From NCBI RefSeq assembly GCF_009914755.1, contig NC_060926.1: DNA of 64,000 nucleotides, one strand, 5' to 3'. The stretch comes from the human T2T-CHM13v2.0 reference genome, Homo sapiens. Position 1 is the first letter of the stretch, and the number at the start of each line of letters is the position of its first letter. The position numbers and the translations under genes were made by a program. The notes under the pieces were generated by a model, which was not told the DNA's origin, made no database searches, and was given only the letters and a program-made list of their open reading frames with translations. Shown here piece by piece: positions 37,427-51,818 of the stretch.

Positions 37427-37688
37427 TCCTTCCTTCCTTCCTTCCTTCCTTCCTTCCTTCCTTCTTTCCTTCCTTTCTTAGACAGACTGCAGCCTTAATC
37501 TCCCAGGCTGATCCTCCCACCTCGACCTCCAGAGTGGCTGGGACTACATGCGTGCGCCTCCTTACCCAGCTAATTTTTGTATTTTTTTGTAGAGCCGTGT
37601 TGCCCAGGCTGATCTTGAACTTCTGGGCGGAAGCAATCCGCCTGCCTCAGCCTCCCAAAGTGCTGGGAGTGAGCCACCATGCCCGACC
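37427..37688 (-). mobile_element. Deleted AluJ-like element with (CCTT)n tail
   Basis: (CCTT)n at 37427-37478 followed by a partial Alu. Confidence 0.85.
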
Positions 37689-38622
37689 AGCCTATGTATT
37701 TTTTCTTAAGCAATGGACTTCCAAATTTTGAGTTGAACACAAATGATTTAACTCTACCCATTTCTATTAACCATCAAACACACAGAGATGCATAGACACA
37801 CACACCTGCACTGAATTAGCCAACCTACTGAAGCGCTAGGGAGAAGTTTATGTTTTGAGAGAATCTGGCACAAGCCATATTAACCTGGTTGAGTTTTAAG
37901 TGTGTGAAAAAATATATGTTCAAATCTCTTGATACTGGCTTGTGCTTTGAAGCCACTGATACATGCTACCTAAAACCTATAGTTAAACAAGAACAGAATA
38001 ATTGTTCAAGCATCCTAAATTAACCTGTTTGTTGAGTTAACAAACAGTTTTATTTCCTATCATCAACTGGAGTTTGGTCTTGGAAATCTGGAAGTCAGTG
38101 ATCTATTTGGGCACAAAAGCTACAACAAAAGAGCAGGATTTTTCTTTGATTCCTCCCGACTTGACAAAATGAATCCTTCCTACGAGAAACAGATGCTTTC
38201 AAAGTCAACTTGGTTAAATCCTCCTAAAACAATAAACCTCAGGGCCAATACAAAAAGAACACCAATGCTCACCTGCATATCCTTTTCACATGCAACAAAT
38301 ATATCTTGCTATATGTGTGCTTTTCTTGGCAATAAGTGTTTCCATTTGTCTGGCCTGCAGTCTTTGCAAGTTTTTTCTCTGAGAATCTGAACTGTTATTT
38401 TTAGTGATTTAGAATTCCAAGGCAAACATGCCAAGAATTGATGACAAGGGCCCGATTATTTATTTTTCAGTGGTTAATTATTTGTCACATTTGTGTTTAG
38501 AAACAACAAAAGTTTCTTCCCTTCCCTCTGTGGGAAGTTGTAATAATGTTTTCACCTGAGGCTCCAATCGCCAAGGCTATGTGGGTATTCTCAGTGCTGG
38601 GAATGACACTAGTGTTGAGAAT

Positions 38623-38932
38623 ATTTATTTATTTATTTACTTGTTTATTTATTTTTGAGACAGCGTCTCTGTCATCCAGGATGGAGTGCAGTGGCATGAT
38701 CACAGCTCATGGTAACCTCAACTTCCTGGGCTCAAGCCATCCTCCACCTCAGCCTCCTGAGTAGGTGGGACTGCAGGCATGCACCACCATGCCCAGATAA
38801 TTTTTTAATATATTTTGGTAGAGATGGAATTTCACCATCCCAGGCTGGTCTGGAACTCCTGAGCTCAAGCAATCCACCCACCTCTGCCTCCCAAAGTGCT
38901 AGGATCATAAGTATGAGCCACTGCGCCCAGCC
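38623..38932 (-). mobile_element. AluJ-like
   Basis: (TTTA)n tail; TSD TGAGAATAT. Confidence 0.9.
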
Positions 38933-39698
38933 TGAGAATATGGGAATTTTTAAAGAGAAGGCTATATGTTTTTTAAAATGTCATTAAACAACAACCTTAT
39001 GTAATCAAGCTTTTCTTTGACTGGTCCCTCAATGGTTATAAGTTCCTGTGGTTTGTAGAAAGTAACTAGAGATAAAAAGATAGATGAATCTTCTGTCCAA
39101 TCTGCCTTGTCTCATTTGCGATTTGAAGTGAAACATCATGCATTTATAATGCAAAACTTTTATTCTTTACCTATCCCCAGATGTGAAAAAAGAAACTGCA
39201 CCAAAATCTTAGGAAACAGAAGAAAGAAATTAAAAGATGGAGATCAGGAAATGTATGTTAAAGGATCAGGGCAAGGAGGAAAGAAAAGGGTTCTGAAAGA
39301 CCTCTATTCATTCCATTAGATAAGTTGCTTAAACAAGTCAGGAAGCAAGGGGCTTGAGAGACTCTAAGATTTTTGTCTTATAATGTTTTAAAATTTTTAA
39401 GTTAACAGCTGAGTTACATATTTGATCAGTTAATGACAATCATATACAGCGTATATGATTTCAAGTTCTTAAAATGGAAAAGAGGGAATATTGCATAAGG
39501 GAATGTTTTGGTTAAGATAATCAGGACTTGAGCAATATCCTCCTGCATTCTCAAGATAATAAAATCTGCCTTCTGGTTTTAGACCCAATGTTTTCTTTAT
39601 ATCCTAGATCATATCTCCAGAGATGTTTGAAGAAAATAAATTGTTGATTTTTAAAAATCACTACACTTTCTGAAGTGAGCTGAGTGAATGGCAATAAC

Positions 39699-39988
39699 TT
39701 TTTTTTTTTTGAGACAGGGTCTCACTATATTGCCCAGGCTGGAATGCAGTGATGTGATCCCAGCTCACCACAACCTCTTCCTCCTGGGTTCAAGAGATTC
39801 TCCTGCCTCAGCCTCTTGAGTAGCTGGGACTACAGGCGCCCACCACCACGCCCAGGTAATTTTTGTATTTTTAGTAGAGACGGGTTTCACCATGTTGGCC
39901 AGGCTGGTCTCGAACTCCTGAACTCTGGTGATCTGCCTGCCTCGGCCTCCCAAAGCACTGGGATTACAGGCTTGAGCCACCACACACA
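39699..39988 (-). mobile_element. AluS
   Basis: Poly-T and full body. Confidence 0.93.
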
Positions 39989-41909
39989 GCGAATAATGCC
40001 TTAAAATAGTTTTTAAGAAAAAGAAAATTTTCCTGACCAAATTCTGAACTGAGAAAGCAGTGTAATCTACATTATTTTAAATTAGCACTTCACAATGAGG
40101 TAAGCACAAAAAGCAAGGATTTTATTTTGTTTTCCTAAATCCAGCAGATTTTATTCTGTTCAATGAAATACTACAAAAGACACAAAGGAACTAACATTTA
40201 CAGAGAGCCTTTTGTGTGATTTAGAGTGCCTCCTATGTTGTGGGCATTGTGTGGTGATTTGCAGTAAAAATAACCTTCGATATATTCCTGACAAGTAGAT
40301 ACTAGTATGCTTATTTTTCAGATAAGAAAACTGAAGTTAGAGAGGTGAAACAATTTGTCTGCGATCATATAACGTGTAATTGAAAGGACCAAAAAAATTT
40401 TTAATTCCAGATGTATTTTTGCCAAAGCATGTAATCATTCCACCTCCCCACCCTGTTCTCAGAGAGTTAACTGTCTAGTAAGGGATATGACAAATTCTCA
40501 AAAACATATAACAAAAGCTGAATGTTATAAATGTCTTTAGGGATACATAAACAGTATCTTGGTCTTCAAAGGAGAGAGATCTCATTGGGTTGGAAATGGA
40601 AAGCCCAAGGCTTAGCCTTCTGTGTGGGACATGGTTTGGAATTTCTTGGCACAGCAGAGTGGATACCACCACACCAGAATGGCCCTGGAGTCCTGCTGAC
40701 CAATGGAGACCCATCTGATCAGGACACATGAGACAGTTGAGTCTGGCTGAGAAAAGAATAGGCCCAGCACATTTCCTACTTCTATTATGGGTACCTGCTA
40801 GCTTGGACTCTTGCCTAGCTCGTCCACTTGCACCCATCTTATCCACTTGCCACCTTTTCACTAACCCCAACCACTTTGATTTCTTTCTCAGTTCCTGAAA
40901 TAATCCAAGCTCTCTCTCCACCTCCACTCCCACTTCAGGGCTTCTGCACGTTCCTGTAATCCCAATGTCCTCCAATACTGCAATGTACTCCAATTCCTCT
41001 CCCAGCCCCCATATTCATCAGGATTCTTAGATGGAATCACCAGAAACTGACTCGGGCTGATTTAAGCCTGAAAGAAATGTATTGGAGTGCATTGAGTGGC
41101 TCACAGAATTTCCAGGAGGGCCAGAATACCAGGTTTGGAGAACAGGAAGAAACAAAGCAAGCCTGGACAAACAGAGCTTCGGGCAAGATCACACCTGGAC
41201 CCAGTCTAAGAGGGCCCCGTTGCCTTTGCCTCTGTAGGTAAAGCTGTCATACACAAAGGAAGCTGGAGTCGCTGCTCCAGAAACTGGATGTTGCTACCAC
41301 AGTCACTACCACTAAAACAATTTCTCTGCTCTGCTTCTGAGTAGCACTAGTTCTTGATTCACTGACTTGGGCAGGTGACTCTGATCCAAGCCTGGCTCAC
41401 GTGCTCATACCCTAACTGCTAGGAAGGCTAGGAAAGTCAGTAAATGGGCTTTGGAGAAGCCCGCCTCCTACCAAGACTCACATAGTGGAAAGTCCTCACA
41501 CACAAGAAAAGAATTCAGATGCTAGGCAGCCAAAAAATTCCACTCCTCTATTCTTTCCTTGCTTGCCTTTTCAAGACTGACCTCTTTACAATCCGGGTCT
41601 TTGTTGAACTAACACCTCAAAGAGGCCTTCCCTTGACCACCTTATCTTAAAAGATCTTCAGTCTGTTATTATCTGCACCTGGTTTGTTCCTTCACAGCAC
41701 GTATCATAGTCGATAATTATAGTCCCCAGGGCAAATTAACCCTCCTTGGATTATCCTAATTTGCGTGTATTATCTATTTCAGCCTACTGGCTCTGCTTTA
41801 GTCAGCGAAAGTAAACTAGTATATGAATTTCTATGTTCAATTGTTTCTATCTTCAAATTGTATTCATAGAAAATTTCTTTGTTTCTAAATCCATTTAATA
41901 AATGGTGAA

Positions 41910-42194
<285 letters not shown>

Positions 42195-42439
42195 ATAGTG
42201 AAACAAATTCTTATGCTGCTCAGAACTCTTATGTGTCCCATACCCTAAATTAGGCATGGAATCCTACTGCTTCTCCTTGTAAATATTCCTCAAATCTATT
42301 CCCAATTCTCTCATTGTCTTCTTTTATCTCATTGTTTCTCACTTAAATTATTAATTGGTCTCCCTACCTCTGGTCTAGATTCCCCACTCATCCATCTTCT
42401 ATACAACTACCAAAAATATATTTTTTCAATTTTTTACTT

Positions 42440-43044
42440 TTACTTTTTAATTTTGTAGGTACATAGTAGGTATATTTATTTATGGGGTACACAAGATATT
42501 TTGATACAGTCACGCAATGTATAATTATTACATCAGGGTAAATGGTAACCTCAACCATTTATCCTTTGTGTTATAAAACAATCCAATTTATACTCTTTTA
42601 GTCATTTTTAAATGTACAATTAAATTATTTTTTACTACAGTCACCCCGTTGTGCTATCAAATGCTAGTTCTTTTCATTCTTTTTAACCATTTTTTTAATA
42701 CCCATTAACCATTCCCACCTCTCCCCTACCCTCCCACAACCCTTCCTAGCCTCCGGTAATAATTCTATTCTCTATCTCCATGAGTTCAATTGTTTTGATT
42801 TTTAGATCCCACAAATAAGCGAGAACATGCGATGTTTGTCTTTCTATGCCTGGGTTATTTCACTTAACATAATGACCTCCAGTTCCATCCATGTTGTTGC
42901 AAATGACAGGATCTCATTCTTTTTTATGGCTGAATTGTATTTCATTGAGTATAAGTACCACATTTTTATCCATTCATCTGTTGGTTGATTCCAAATCTTA
43001 GCTTTTGTGAATAGCGCTACAGTAAACGTGAGAGAACAGATATC
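42440..43044 (-). mobile_element. L1MA2/3-like 3' fragment
   Basis: Same 3'UTR type as the elements at 4440 and 23100. Confidence 0.85.
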
Positions 43045-43325
43045 ACAAACATTCCTATACACGAACAACAGACAAGCAGAGAGCCAAATCATGAATGAAA
43101 TCCCATTCACAATTGCCACAAAGAGAATAAAATACCTAGGAATACAGCTAACAAGGGAAATGAAGGACCTCTTCAAGGAGAACTACAAACCACTGCTCAA
43201 GGAAATCAGAGAGAACACAAACAGATGGAAAAACAATCCATGTAGATTCTAATATCCAGAATCTACAAGAAACAAACCTGCACATCCTGCACATATACAC
43301 TAGAAATTTAAAATAAAATAATTAA
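43042..43325 (+). mobile_element. Internally collapsed L1P fragment (ORF2 piece, short piece, 3' end)
   Basis: Peptide [34 protein letters not shown], then CTAATATCCAGAATCTACAAG, then AACAAACCTGCACATCCTGCACAT and an A-rich tail. Confidence 0.8.
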
Positions 43326-43501
43326 ATTTTGATCTTTATGCCCAAATTGTGTCATTGATCATTAGTGCTCAACACTATAGTTGAATACAATAGTTCGACT
43401 GTTAATATTTGTTGTTATAGTATCATAAGTATTATACTTGGGATGCCCTATAACCTGTCAACAGGACAAAGAAATAAATCCAAAGGAATCAAATTTTTTA
43501 A

Positions 43502-43826
<325 letters not shown>

Positions 43827-44849
43827 ACTCTTGGCTTTTCTTCTACCTACTTTTCTCCATTACTTTTTTAATATTCACTTCTTCTCACCTATTCCTTGAA
43901 TGCTGGTGTTCTCCAGGATTCCAAAGAGTTATCTTCTCCTCTTTTTATGTACATAATCCCAAATCATTGTTATTCATATCCATCTCCAACTATTATTTAT
44001 CCATATGTATATGACTCTCAAATCTACATTTCCAGCCCAGCATCTCTCTTGAACTCCAGATCCATATATGCACCTTCCTACTGTATATCCGCAACTTAAT
44101 GTCCACTAGCAACTAAAGTCAAACATTTCTCAAACCAAGTCACTATTTTTCCTTTCCTTGTATATTCTCTAATGGCATCCAGTAAGCCAAGATATTGTCT
44201 TCTATTGGAGAAGCACTTCCTCTTTCCTCATCTTAGGTTTTTTTGTAGTGGGATCTTTCCAGAGTACCACCCTTGGCCTCTCTCCATCCCCTCCCTTACT
44301 CCTCCCTGCAGGAGGAGGAGAGAATTATCTCATTAGTGAATTTGGGAGAAAAAACCTTAGTACATGCAGCTTCCTACTTTCTCTCTACTTTATTATTTCC
44401 TTTGGCATCTGTGCACCTAAAGAAAGTGCCCATGCATTGCTGTCTGTTCTCTGCTATGGGTTTCATACAAGCAGGCCCTCCAAGGAGAACTGCCTGAGTT
44501 ACTTGTCCCTGCCTCTGTCTCTCTGTCTCTGTCTCTTTCTCTCTCTCAAATAGTTCTAAATTTGGCTAGAGAAAATGCAGTGTTACATATGTACCCCATC
44601 AAATACAATGCCTTTAAAGAATTCTAAAGTCCTTCATCTCCCTCTACTTCCTTATGTCTAATCAGTTCACAATAAAGGGCAGTGCTGGATCATTGCTCAG
44701 GGGGCCCAATTAAAGGATTCTAACTATTATTAGAATTAAGTAGAAACATGGTGCCAATTAACTCAGGGTTTCCCATGCAACTTCTTATGAGTGGCAAAAT
44801 GTACATTGGTCTCATTCCTGGAAAATATTGTCCTTGAATAGTAACAAAC

Positions 44850-44852
<3 letters not shown>

Positions 44853-44906
<54 letters not shown>
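44853..44906. repeat. Long perfect (CA)n microsatellite
   Basis: About 27 uninterrupted AC units. Confidence 0.97.
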
Positions 44907-44908
<2 letters not shown>

Positions 44909-45084
44909 CTTACAGGCATTGTTCCAATCCCCATTGAGTGTTTTGTGACATGTAGCTACCTTGAGATGAGCTATTATTTACCTGAAGCCAGTAGCTCCAG
45001 TCAGCTGAAACTGAAAACTTAACAATGTATGGTTGCCTACCGGGAACAAAGTGCTTACTTCTCAGAATTAAACCACCTGTAACA

Positions 45085-45460
45085 TGTCATCTGATACCTT
45101 CCCTTTGCCCCTCCAGATGCACTTTCACCCTTCTCCACCCTGATTTCGGCCTCAGGAGGCTGACCTGGGTGAATGGTCTCCTGTGCCTACTGGCTTCCAG
45201 TAGGGTTTGGCCAACGGGAAGCCCCAGGAGGAGATCAGAGTGACATCAGGGTCACTTATTTCCTTGGTTTCCTCCCTATGAGGTCACCTTGAGCTGCCTG
45301 GGCTCAAGATACCTCACCCTGTAAAATGTTCTTGAGTCAGGTTTCTGTTACTCTCTCTCCCTTTCTTCAGGCCTTGTGGGTGTTGACGCCCCTGCAGCTA
45401 TGGGCTCTGAGCTCGTTCCCGCAGTATCACTTGTGGTTCTCTCACACCCTCTCATACCTG
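45085..45460. mobile_element. LTR33-like ERVL LTR remnant
   Basis: CCCTCCAGATGCACTTTCACCCTTCTCCACCCTG...GGAGGCTGACCT resembles LTR33 as remembered; a similar element may lie at ~50412-50882. Confidence 0.5.
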
Positions 45461-45509
45461 AGAGTACTAGTATTTTTCTATGATTTCAATGAGTTTTGGG
45501 AATGTCAAC

Positions 45510-45653
45510 ATTTATTTATTTATTTATTTATTTATTTGAGATGAGATCTCACTATGTTGCCCAGGCTGGTATTGAACTCGTGAGCTCAAGTGATCCTCTC
45601 GCCTCGGCCTCCCAAAGTGCTAGGATTACAGGCATGAGCCACCACACTCGGCC
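45510..45653 (-). mobile_element. FLAM-like Alu monomer
   Basis: Left-arm-only body with (TTTA)n tail. Confidence 0.85.
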
Positions 45654-47017
45654 CCTCAAAAATAATTTATAAGTAGCATCTTTATTAATTCAAATGTTTT
45701 GCTACAGAGCTGCTTGAAAACAATATATTGAACATCACTCCTAGTTTTCCTTGTTTACTTTGTTACAATGAGAAAAGCAAGATTACAGTTTGTGATGTCT
45801 TAACTGTTAGAATCTAAATCTGTAAGGTCCAAAGTAACAAATACGATTATAATTACTTAGTTATTCAACCAAAATTAATGACTGTTTCTCGTATACCCCA
45901 CATGGGCTAGATACTATTCTCAAGGCTGAGGAAACAGTGTAGGCCAAGCAAGATGACGCATTTGCCCTCTTGCAATTTACTGTCCTAATCCAGGTACCTT
46001 GGTAATCTAGTATATACCCGAGAATAGCCAAATATTAATACATGGCACAAACATTGTTCTTTTGAAACTGTGAAATTATTCAGAGAAAAACATCTTAAGC
46101 AATAAATTAAAGTGATAAGGGAGCTGTTAATGACACACTTACAGATAGCATCCAGAGATAGCTATGTGACGACCTCTCTGGCTGCAAAGTCCCAGAAGCT
46201 GGAAGCTGGGACCACCCAACTCCCATCTGCTCCTGCATTCCTACTCCAGCCTCTGGGCTTAATTTGGCTCCCAGGCCAGGGAAATGTAAGGACTATGGGA
46301 TCCAGAGCTTTGTGGCTCTGCGTTAATAAAAGTGTTTACTGTTGGCCCAGTTGTGACCTTTTATCTTGTAGCAAGTGACCATTTAGGCCATATGTCACCA
46401 AGTCCTGCTTGCCATCCCAGTTCCAGGAATATATCCCCCATCTTACGTCTCCACCCCTGGCATTCGCTCGTTACTGCTTCGTTTTCCCACTAATCTGTTA
46501 GTTATCTGAGCTTGGGACTATCTTGCCTGAATTTCCGCACTGCCAGTCCTGTGGCTGGATTCTCCCTTCCTGCGCTCACACTTCTCTCAGGAAGACCATC
46601 TGCCTAGATCTGATGCTAGATTCATGCTTGCTACAGCCTGCCCACTCACACCACAAATGTCTTCCTGTTGCCTCCAGAAAATATGTAGGAGATGGAATCA
46701 ACAAATGTGGGGGATATGAAATCTGAAATAGGATGATTTTGAAGATTGTGGCTTGGTTGAGTGAAGGAATGATGGTTTCATCAGTGAGGTTGGAAACAGG
46801 GGAGGAGGAGCAGGCTTGCTAGGAAAGGTGACAGTTCAGTTTTAGACATGTAGAATGTGAGGTGCCTGCAGGATCTCCAGGAGATATCCAGTGGAGAGTT
46901 GGATGCACGGCTTGGGAACTCAGGAAATGGTGTTACATTTGCACAAATATTTCTGTGCGCACACACACACACATATTCAGGCATATCCACAAACAACATT
47001 TTAAAAACTAAAATTCT

Positions 47018-47363
<346 letters not shown>

Positions 47364-49849
47364 CTATACTTACATACAGCTGGAAAGACCACTGAGCAAA
47401 CCACAGTTCTTTTCTCATTACGTAAATCTGTGCATGTTGTTAATCAACAGTTCTTCAGAATTAGAAGCTCATTTCAACATTAATGTGGAAAGTCTTAACC
47501 ACCCTTAAATTTGTCTAAAGTCAGTAAGGTCAAATGTTGAATAAATATTCAATGAGGAGTATTACAGGTCAATGCTTCTAGCCTGAAAATTAATCAATCT
47601 GGGTCTGGTTTGGGCTTTACATAGGGTTTGTGGTTGTTTAAATATATTCTACCTGCCAATTAGCAATTTTTATTTTACACTCCCACATTCAAAAGATGAT
47701 ATATTGAATAGTCAAGAGGAATTAAAAATATAATACAATATTTTATTCTACCATAAGAAACTAAATCAATACAAGAAACTCTGGTGAAGAAAGTGTATGC
47801 CCCTACCACATTTTGGGGGTATACGCTCCTTTAACGGGGCACTCATAATTCCTGTTATAGTTAATGGGAGCTGCGTGTGTGTTATCAAGGGCACAGGCTC
47901 ACTGTCTCTAACAGAAAATGATTCCTTTTGTGTTGATCTCCTAGCTGTGTTTTCATTCTACCTTTTAAAACCATTACACCTAACAGAGTTTTTTTGAGTG
48001 CATTATCAGTAACTTTAAGAAGCCATCATTATCTCCTCTCTCTTAACCACATAATAGGGGGTAGGAAAGTGAGAGTGCAGTATATACACCATGCTGAGTA
48101 GAAGGAACTTGCCTTGAATTTTTGAGCCCCTCAGCCTATTTTCTGTAATGCTCAGTGGCGAATCACTCTTAAGTGCTCCATCATTCACTAGGATATGTGC
48201 TTCATGCCAAAGGTTACCAGATTACAAAAGTATTCTAGGCTCAGAAGGGACTCATAATTCACCATCACCTTATTTTGACACTAACAGAGAAAATATGTGC
48301 ATCAAGACAAGTAGAGGAAATAATGAAAAAAAAAACCTATATTAAGTTAACAATGCAGCAAACACTCCAAAGGGAAAAATACAGACTAGAACAATAATAA
48401 GGATAATAGAAAAGTAATGCTGTTAAATTATCAGAGACCTGCTGGTCAGCTCATGAACACTCCCCTGAGTGAAGATAGTTTCCTAAAGAGCTTCTCTTAG
48501 ACATGAGAGCAAATGGGAAAGTTAAGAGAGTTTCCAAAGTTGGAAGAAAATATTTTCTCATGCCAATGTTTCTAAGAGTCAAATACATTTACTGAAGGTG
48601 AAGTGGAAATATTTAGAAAAAAATTAAAAACACAAGTGACTCAGGAAGAGCTGTTAACATGTGAAGAATGAACAATCTCAAGATTCCACAGGCAATCTGG
48701 TAGAAACCTCATGAACTTAACCAAAGTGAAATCTTAGAGGACCTCTGATTAAAATGTGGAAAAAATAATAACAATCCAATATTTATGAAAAGGTCCTGGA
48801 AAATGTTCTTTGCATGGTAAGAAGGTCACACAAATGTATGTATTAGATTTTATACATGTCATTTTAGCAAAGTTATAAACCAATCAAGTGACATTTACGC
48901 AAGAGCATTAAAAATATAATTACTAGAAAGCTTCATGCATTGCTATGGGGCCACAGCTTTCTTTTCACAACATAATTTCATTAAAAACTTGTATGATGAG
49001 GATGTATATAACAAGGTTGTCAACAAATGGCTATAAATGTTCTAGCTGATTACTTGGGACTTACTAGAGTTCCTGGAATATTTTGAGATGCCTGAACTGC
49101 TGGGTAGCAGAATACATTTTTAACCCCTTCAAATTCCTTCCTCTTCCAATTTGGTGTCTGCTACATCTTTTTGATGTTTTATACATTTGTTTAAGTCCCA
49201 TGGTTTAATAGCTACTTTTTTCTTAACTATTTTTTGAATATAACATACATACAATAAAAAGGACCCATGTTAAGAGTAGAGGTCAATGAATGTTTTACAG
49301 GTATGTAAATGTGTGTAACCCCCACCAGATGAAGAAATGAAACATTCCCAGCACCGCAGAAACCTCCCCATATCCCTTGCCATCAATATCCCTATACCTC
49401 AATAGCCACTATTCTGACATTTCATTAGATTAGTTTTACCTTCTTTTGCATTCTATATAAATGAAATCCTGCATTATGTCAATATATTAATTGTATTAAA
49501 ATTTTGCAAACATTGGCATATTGAATTCAAGTGTAAATCCAGATATGAGTTTGTTCAACAAATTCATCTGTATATATTATATTTCTACCCTCTCCTACAA
49601 ACCATTATAAGAAGTTTTAAAATGCAAATTCTCCCCTTCGAAAACACCCTGCAGCACTAATGCTTATTAGGACTCCTCCCCAGCCCTTCCAACTTAAAAA
49701 GTAGGAAGACATAGTGGTTTGAACTATGTAATGTCCAGGGTACAGTCTTTCTAATCAGTGCTGCTAATGCATTTCTTCAAAAAAGTGTTAAAAATAAAAC
49801 AACAAAAAAGTGGGGGGTTTTTTAGTTACGTATTTCATATCTTAAAACA

Positions 49850-50157
49850 TTTTTTTAAATTTTATTTATTTATTTAAGCAATAGGATGTCACTCTGTCAC
49901 CCAGGCTGGAGTGCAATGGTGTGATTATAGTTCACTGCAGCCTCAAATTCCTGGATTCAAGCAAACCTCCCGCCTTTAGCCTCCCAAGTCGCTGGGCCTA
50001 CAGGTGAGTACCATCATATTTAGCTAATTTTAAAATTTTTTACAGAAATGGGGTTTTGCCATCTTGCCCAGGCTGGTCTCGAACTCCTGGGCTCAAGTGA
50101 TCCTCCCACCTTGGCCTCCCAAAGTGCTGGGATTATAGGCATGAGCCACTGTACCCA
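49850..50157 (-). mobile_element. AluJ-like
   Basis: Diverged full body. Confidence 0.9.
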
Positions 50158-51297
50158 CTCAAAAGCTACATTATCCAGCCAGTATATTGAGTGGTTTTCA
50201 GTGGGAAGAGGTATCTAGTCTGCTTTATTGCTGTAGAAGTCTCACATAATGTTAACATTTCTCCAATCCATCTACTTCTCTTAATTCTCACTGATGATGC
50301 ATCAGTTCATGCATTTATAATTGCTGGCTCTACCCAAATTCTTCCAGTTGCATTCCCTGCTTCCAGTCTCTACCTTACCTCTTTCTCCACCTCTCATCCC
50401 TCTAGGCAAGCTGTATCAACAAGGGTCTCAACAAGAAACAGAATTCACAAGATAGTTCACATGAAAATACTTTAATGAAAGGACAAGTTACAGAGGGGTG
50501 AGCGGGTAGTAAGGGAACAAACGAGATGATGAGGCACTCAGAGACTAGCTACAGAGGAGGTGTTCAAGAGATAAAAGGAGAACATAAAATCACCAGACAG
50601 CCCGGGGAAAACTAGAGCCATGGTGAAAGAGCCATCTGGCAGGTACTGTAGTCATGAAGGAATGAAGCTATTGCTGGACATCTGACACTCAAAGAAGGAA
50701 GGAGCAAGGAAGAGATGCCCCAATTTCCCTTTCTACCCACCTTCTGATATCCTTGCCTTGGCCTTCTTTATGTCCAACCACAAAGCAGTCCTTAAAGAAA
50801 CTGAGGTCAACCCTCAGAGGCATAGAGCTTAGCAAAGAAGGGCAGGAAATGAATCTGGGGGGCAAAGAAAATAACCAGCACATTAGTCTTTCTCCGGACT
50901 ACTTTGAAAGGCCAGTCATCTAAAATGCAAACCTTCTCATACCTTGCACCCTCTTAAAATCTACCAGTGGATTCACATCATCTGTAGGACTAAATCTAAA
51001 CTGGGATGTGCGACTTTGCCCCTGCTTATGGCTTCATTCCCCAGTTCCTGTCTTAGCCTACGGCCATTGTGAATTATTTCCAAATTCACCAGCATTCTAT
51101 GCTCTCACACCTCTGTCCTTTGTCCATATTCTTTTCTCTTCCCAAGGCACCTTTCTGCATCTTCTCTGCTTGGCTAACTTCTTCTACTCAACCTTTGAGA
51201 ATCAAAGACTTAGCTCTAGAATCACCTCCTTCCAAAAGTTTCCTGAAAAGTTTTTCCAGGTGTTTCTATGACTTCCTTATATAATTCCATCATTATA

Positions 51298-51431
51298 CAG
51301 ATGCTCCTTGAGTTATGTCCTGATAAACCCATTTTAAGTCAAAAATATATGTTGAAAATGCATTTTACTCTAATAAGCCCATTGTAATGAGAAAAAAATC
51401 ATAAGTTAAACCATCAGTCAGGAACCATCCA
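51298..51431. mobile_element. MER47/Tigger-type DNA transposon remnant
   Basis: TA-CAGATGCTCCTTGAGTTA...CCTGATAAACCCAT...GAAAATGCATTT. Confidence 0.65.
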
Positions 51432-51499
51432 TTCTTAGTTGAGCGAGTGTCCTTTCTCCCTTGAGAAGAAGGATGTGCATTTTTGTGCATTTTTATGTT

Positions 51500-51818
51500 T
51501 TTTGTTTTTTTTGTTTCTTTTTCTTTTTTTTTTTTTGAGGCAGGGTCTTGCTCTGTCTCCCAGGCTGGAATGCAATTGTGTAATCTCAGCTCACTATAAC
51601 CTCTGCCTCCTGGGCGCAAGCCATCCTCCTGCCTCAGCCTCGTGAGTAGCTAGGACTACAGGCGCATGCCACACACCCTGCTAATTTTTCTATTTTTTGT
51701 AGAGACGGGGTTTCACCATGTTGCCCAGGCTGGTCTCTAAGTCCTGAGCTCAGGTGATCTGCCTGCCTCGGCCTCCCAAAGTGCTGGGATTACAGGTGTG
51801 AGCCACTGCGCCTGGTCC
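51500..51818 (-). mobile_element. Alu (J/S-type)
   Basis: T-rich tail and full body, ~1 kb upstream of the promoter. Confidence 0.92.

Noticed and set aside
40475-40993. 172-aa minus-strand ORF
   Set aside because: No recognisable domain or splice context; non-ATG start; appears to overlap decayed L2-like sequence.
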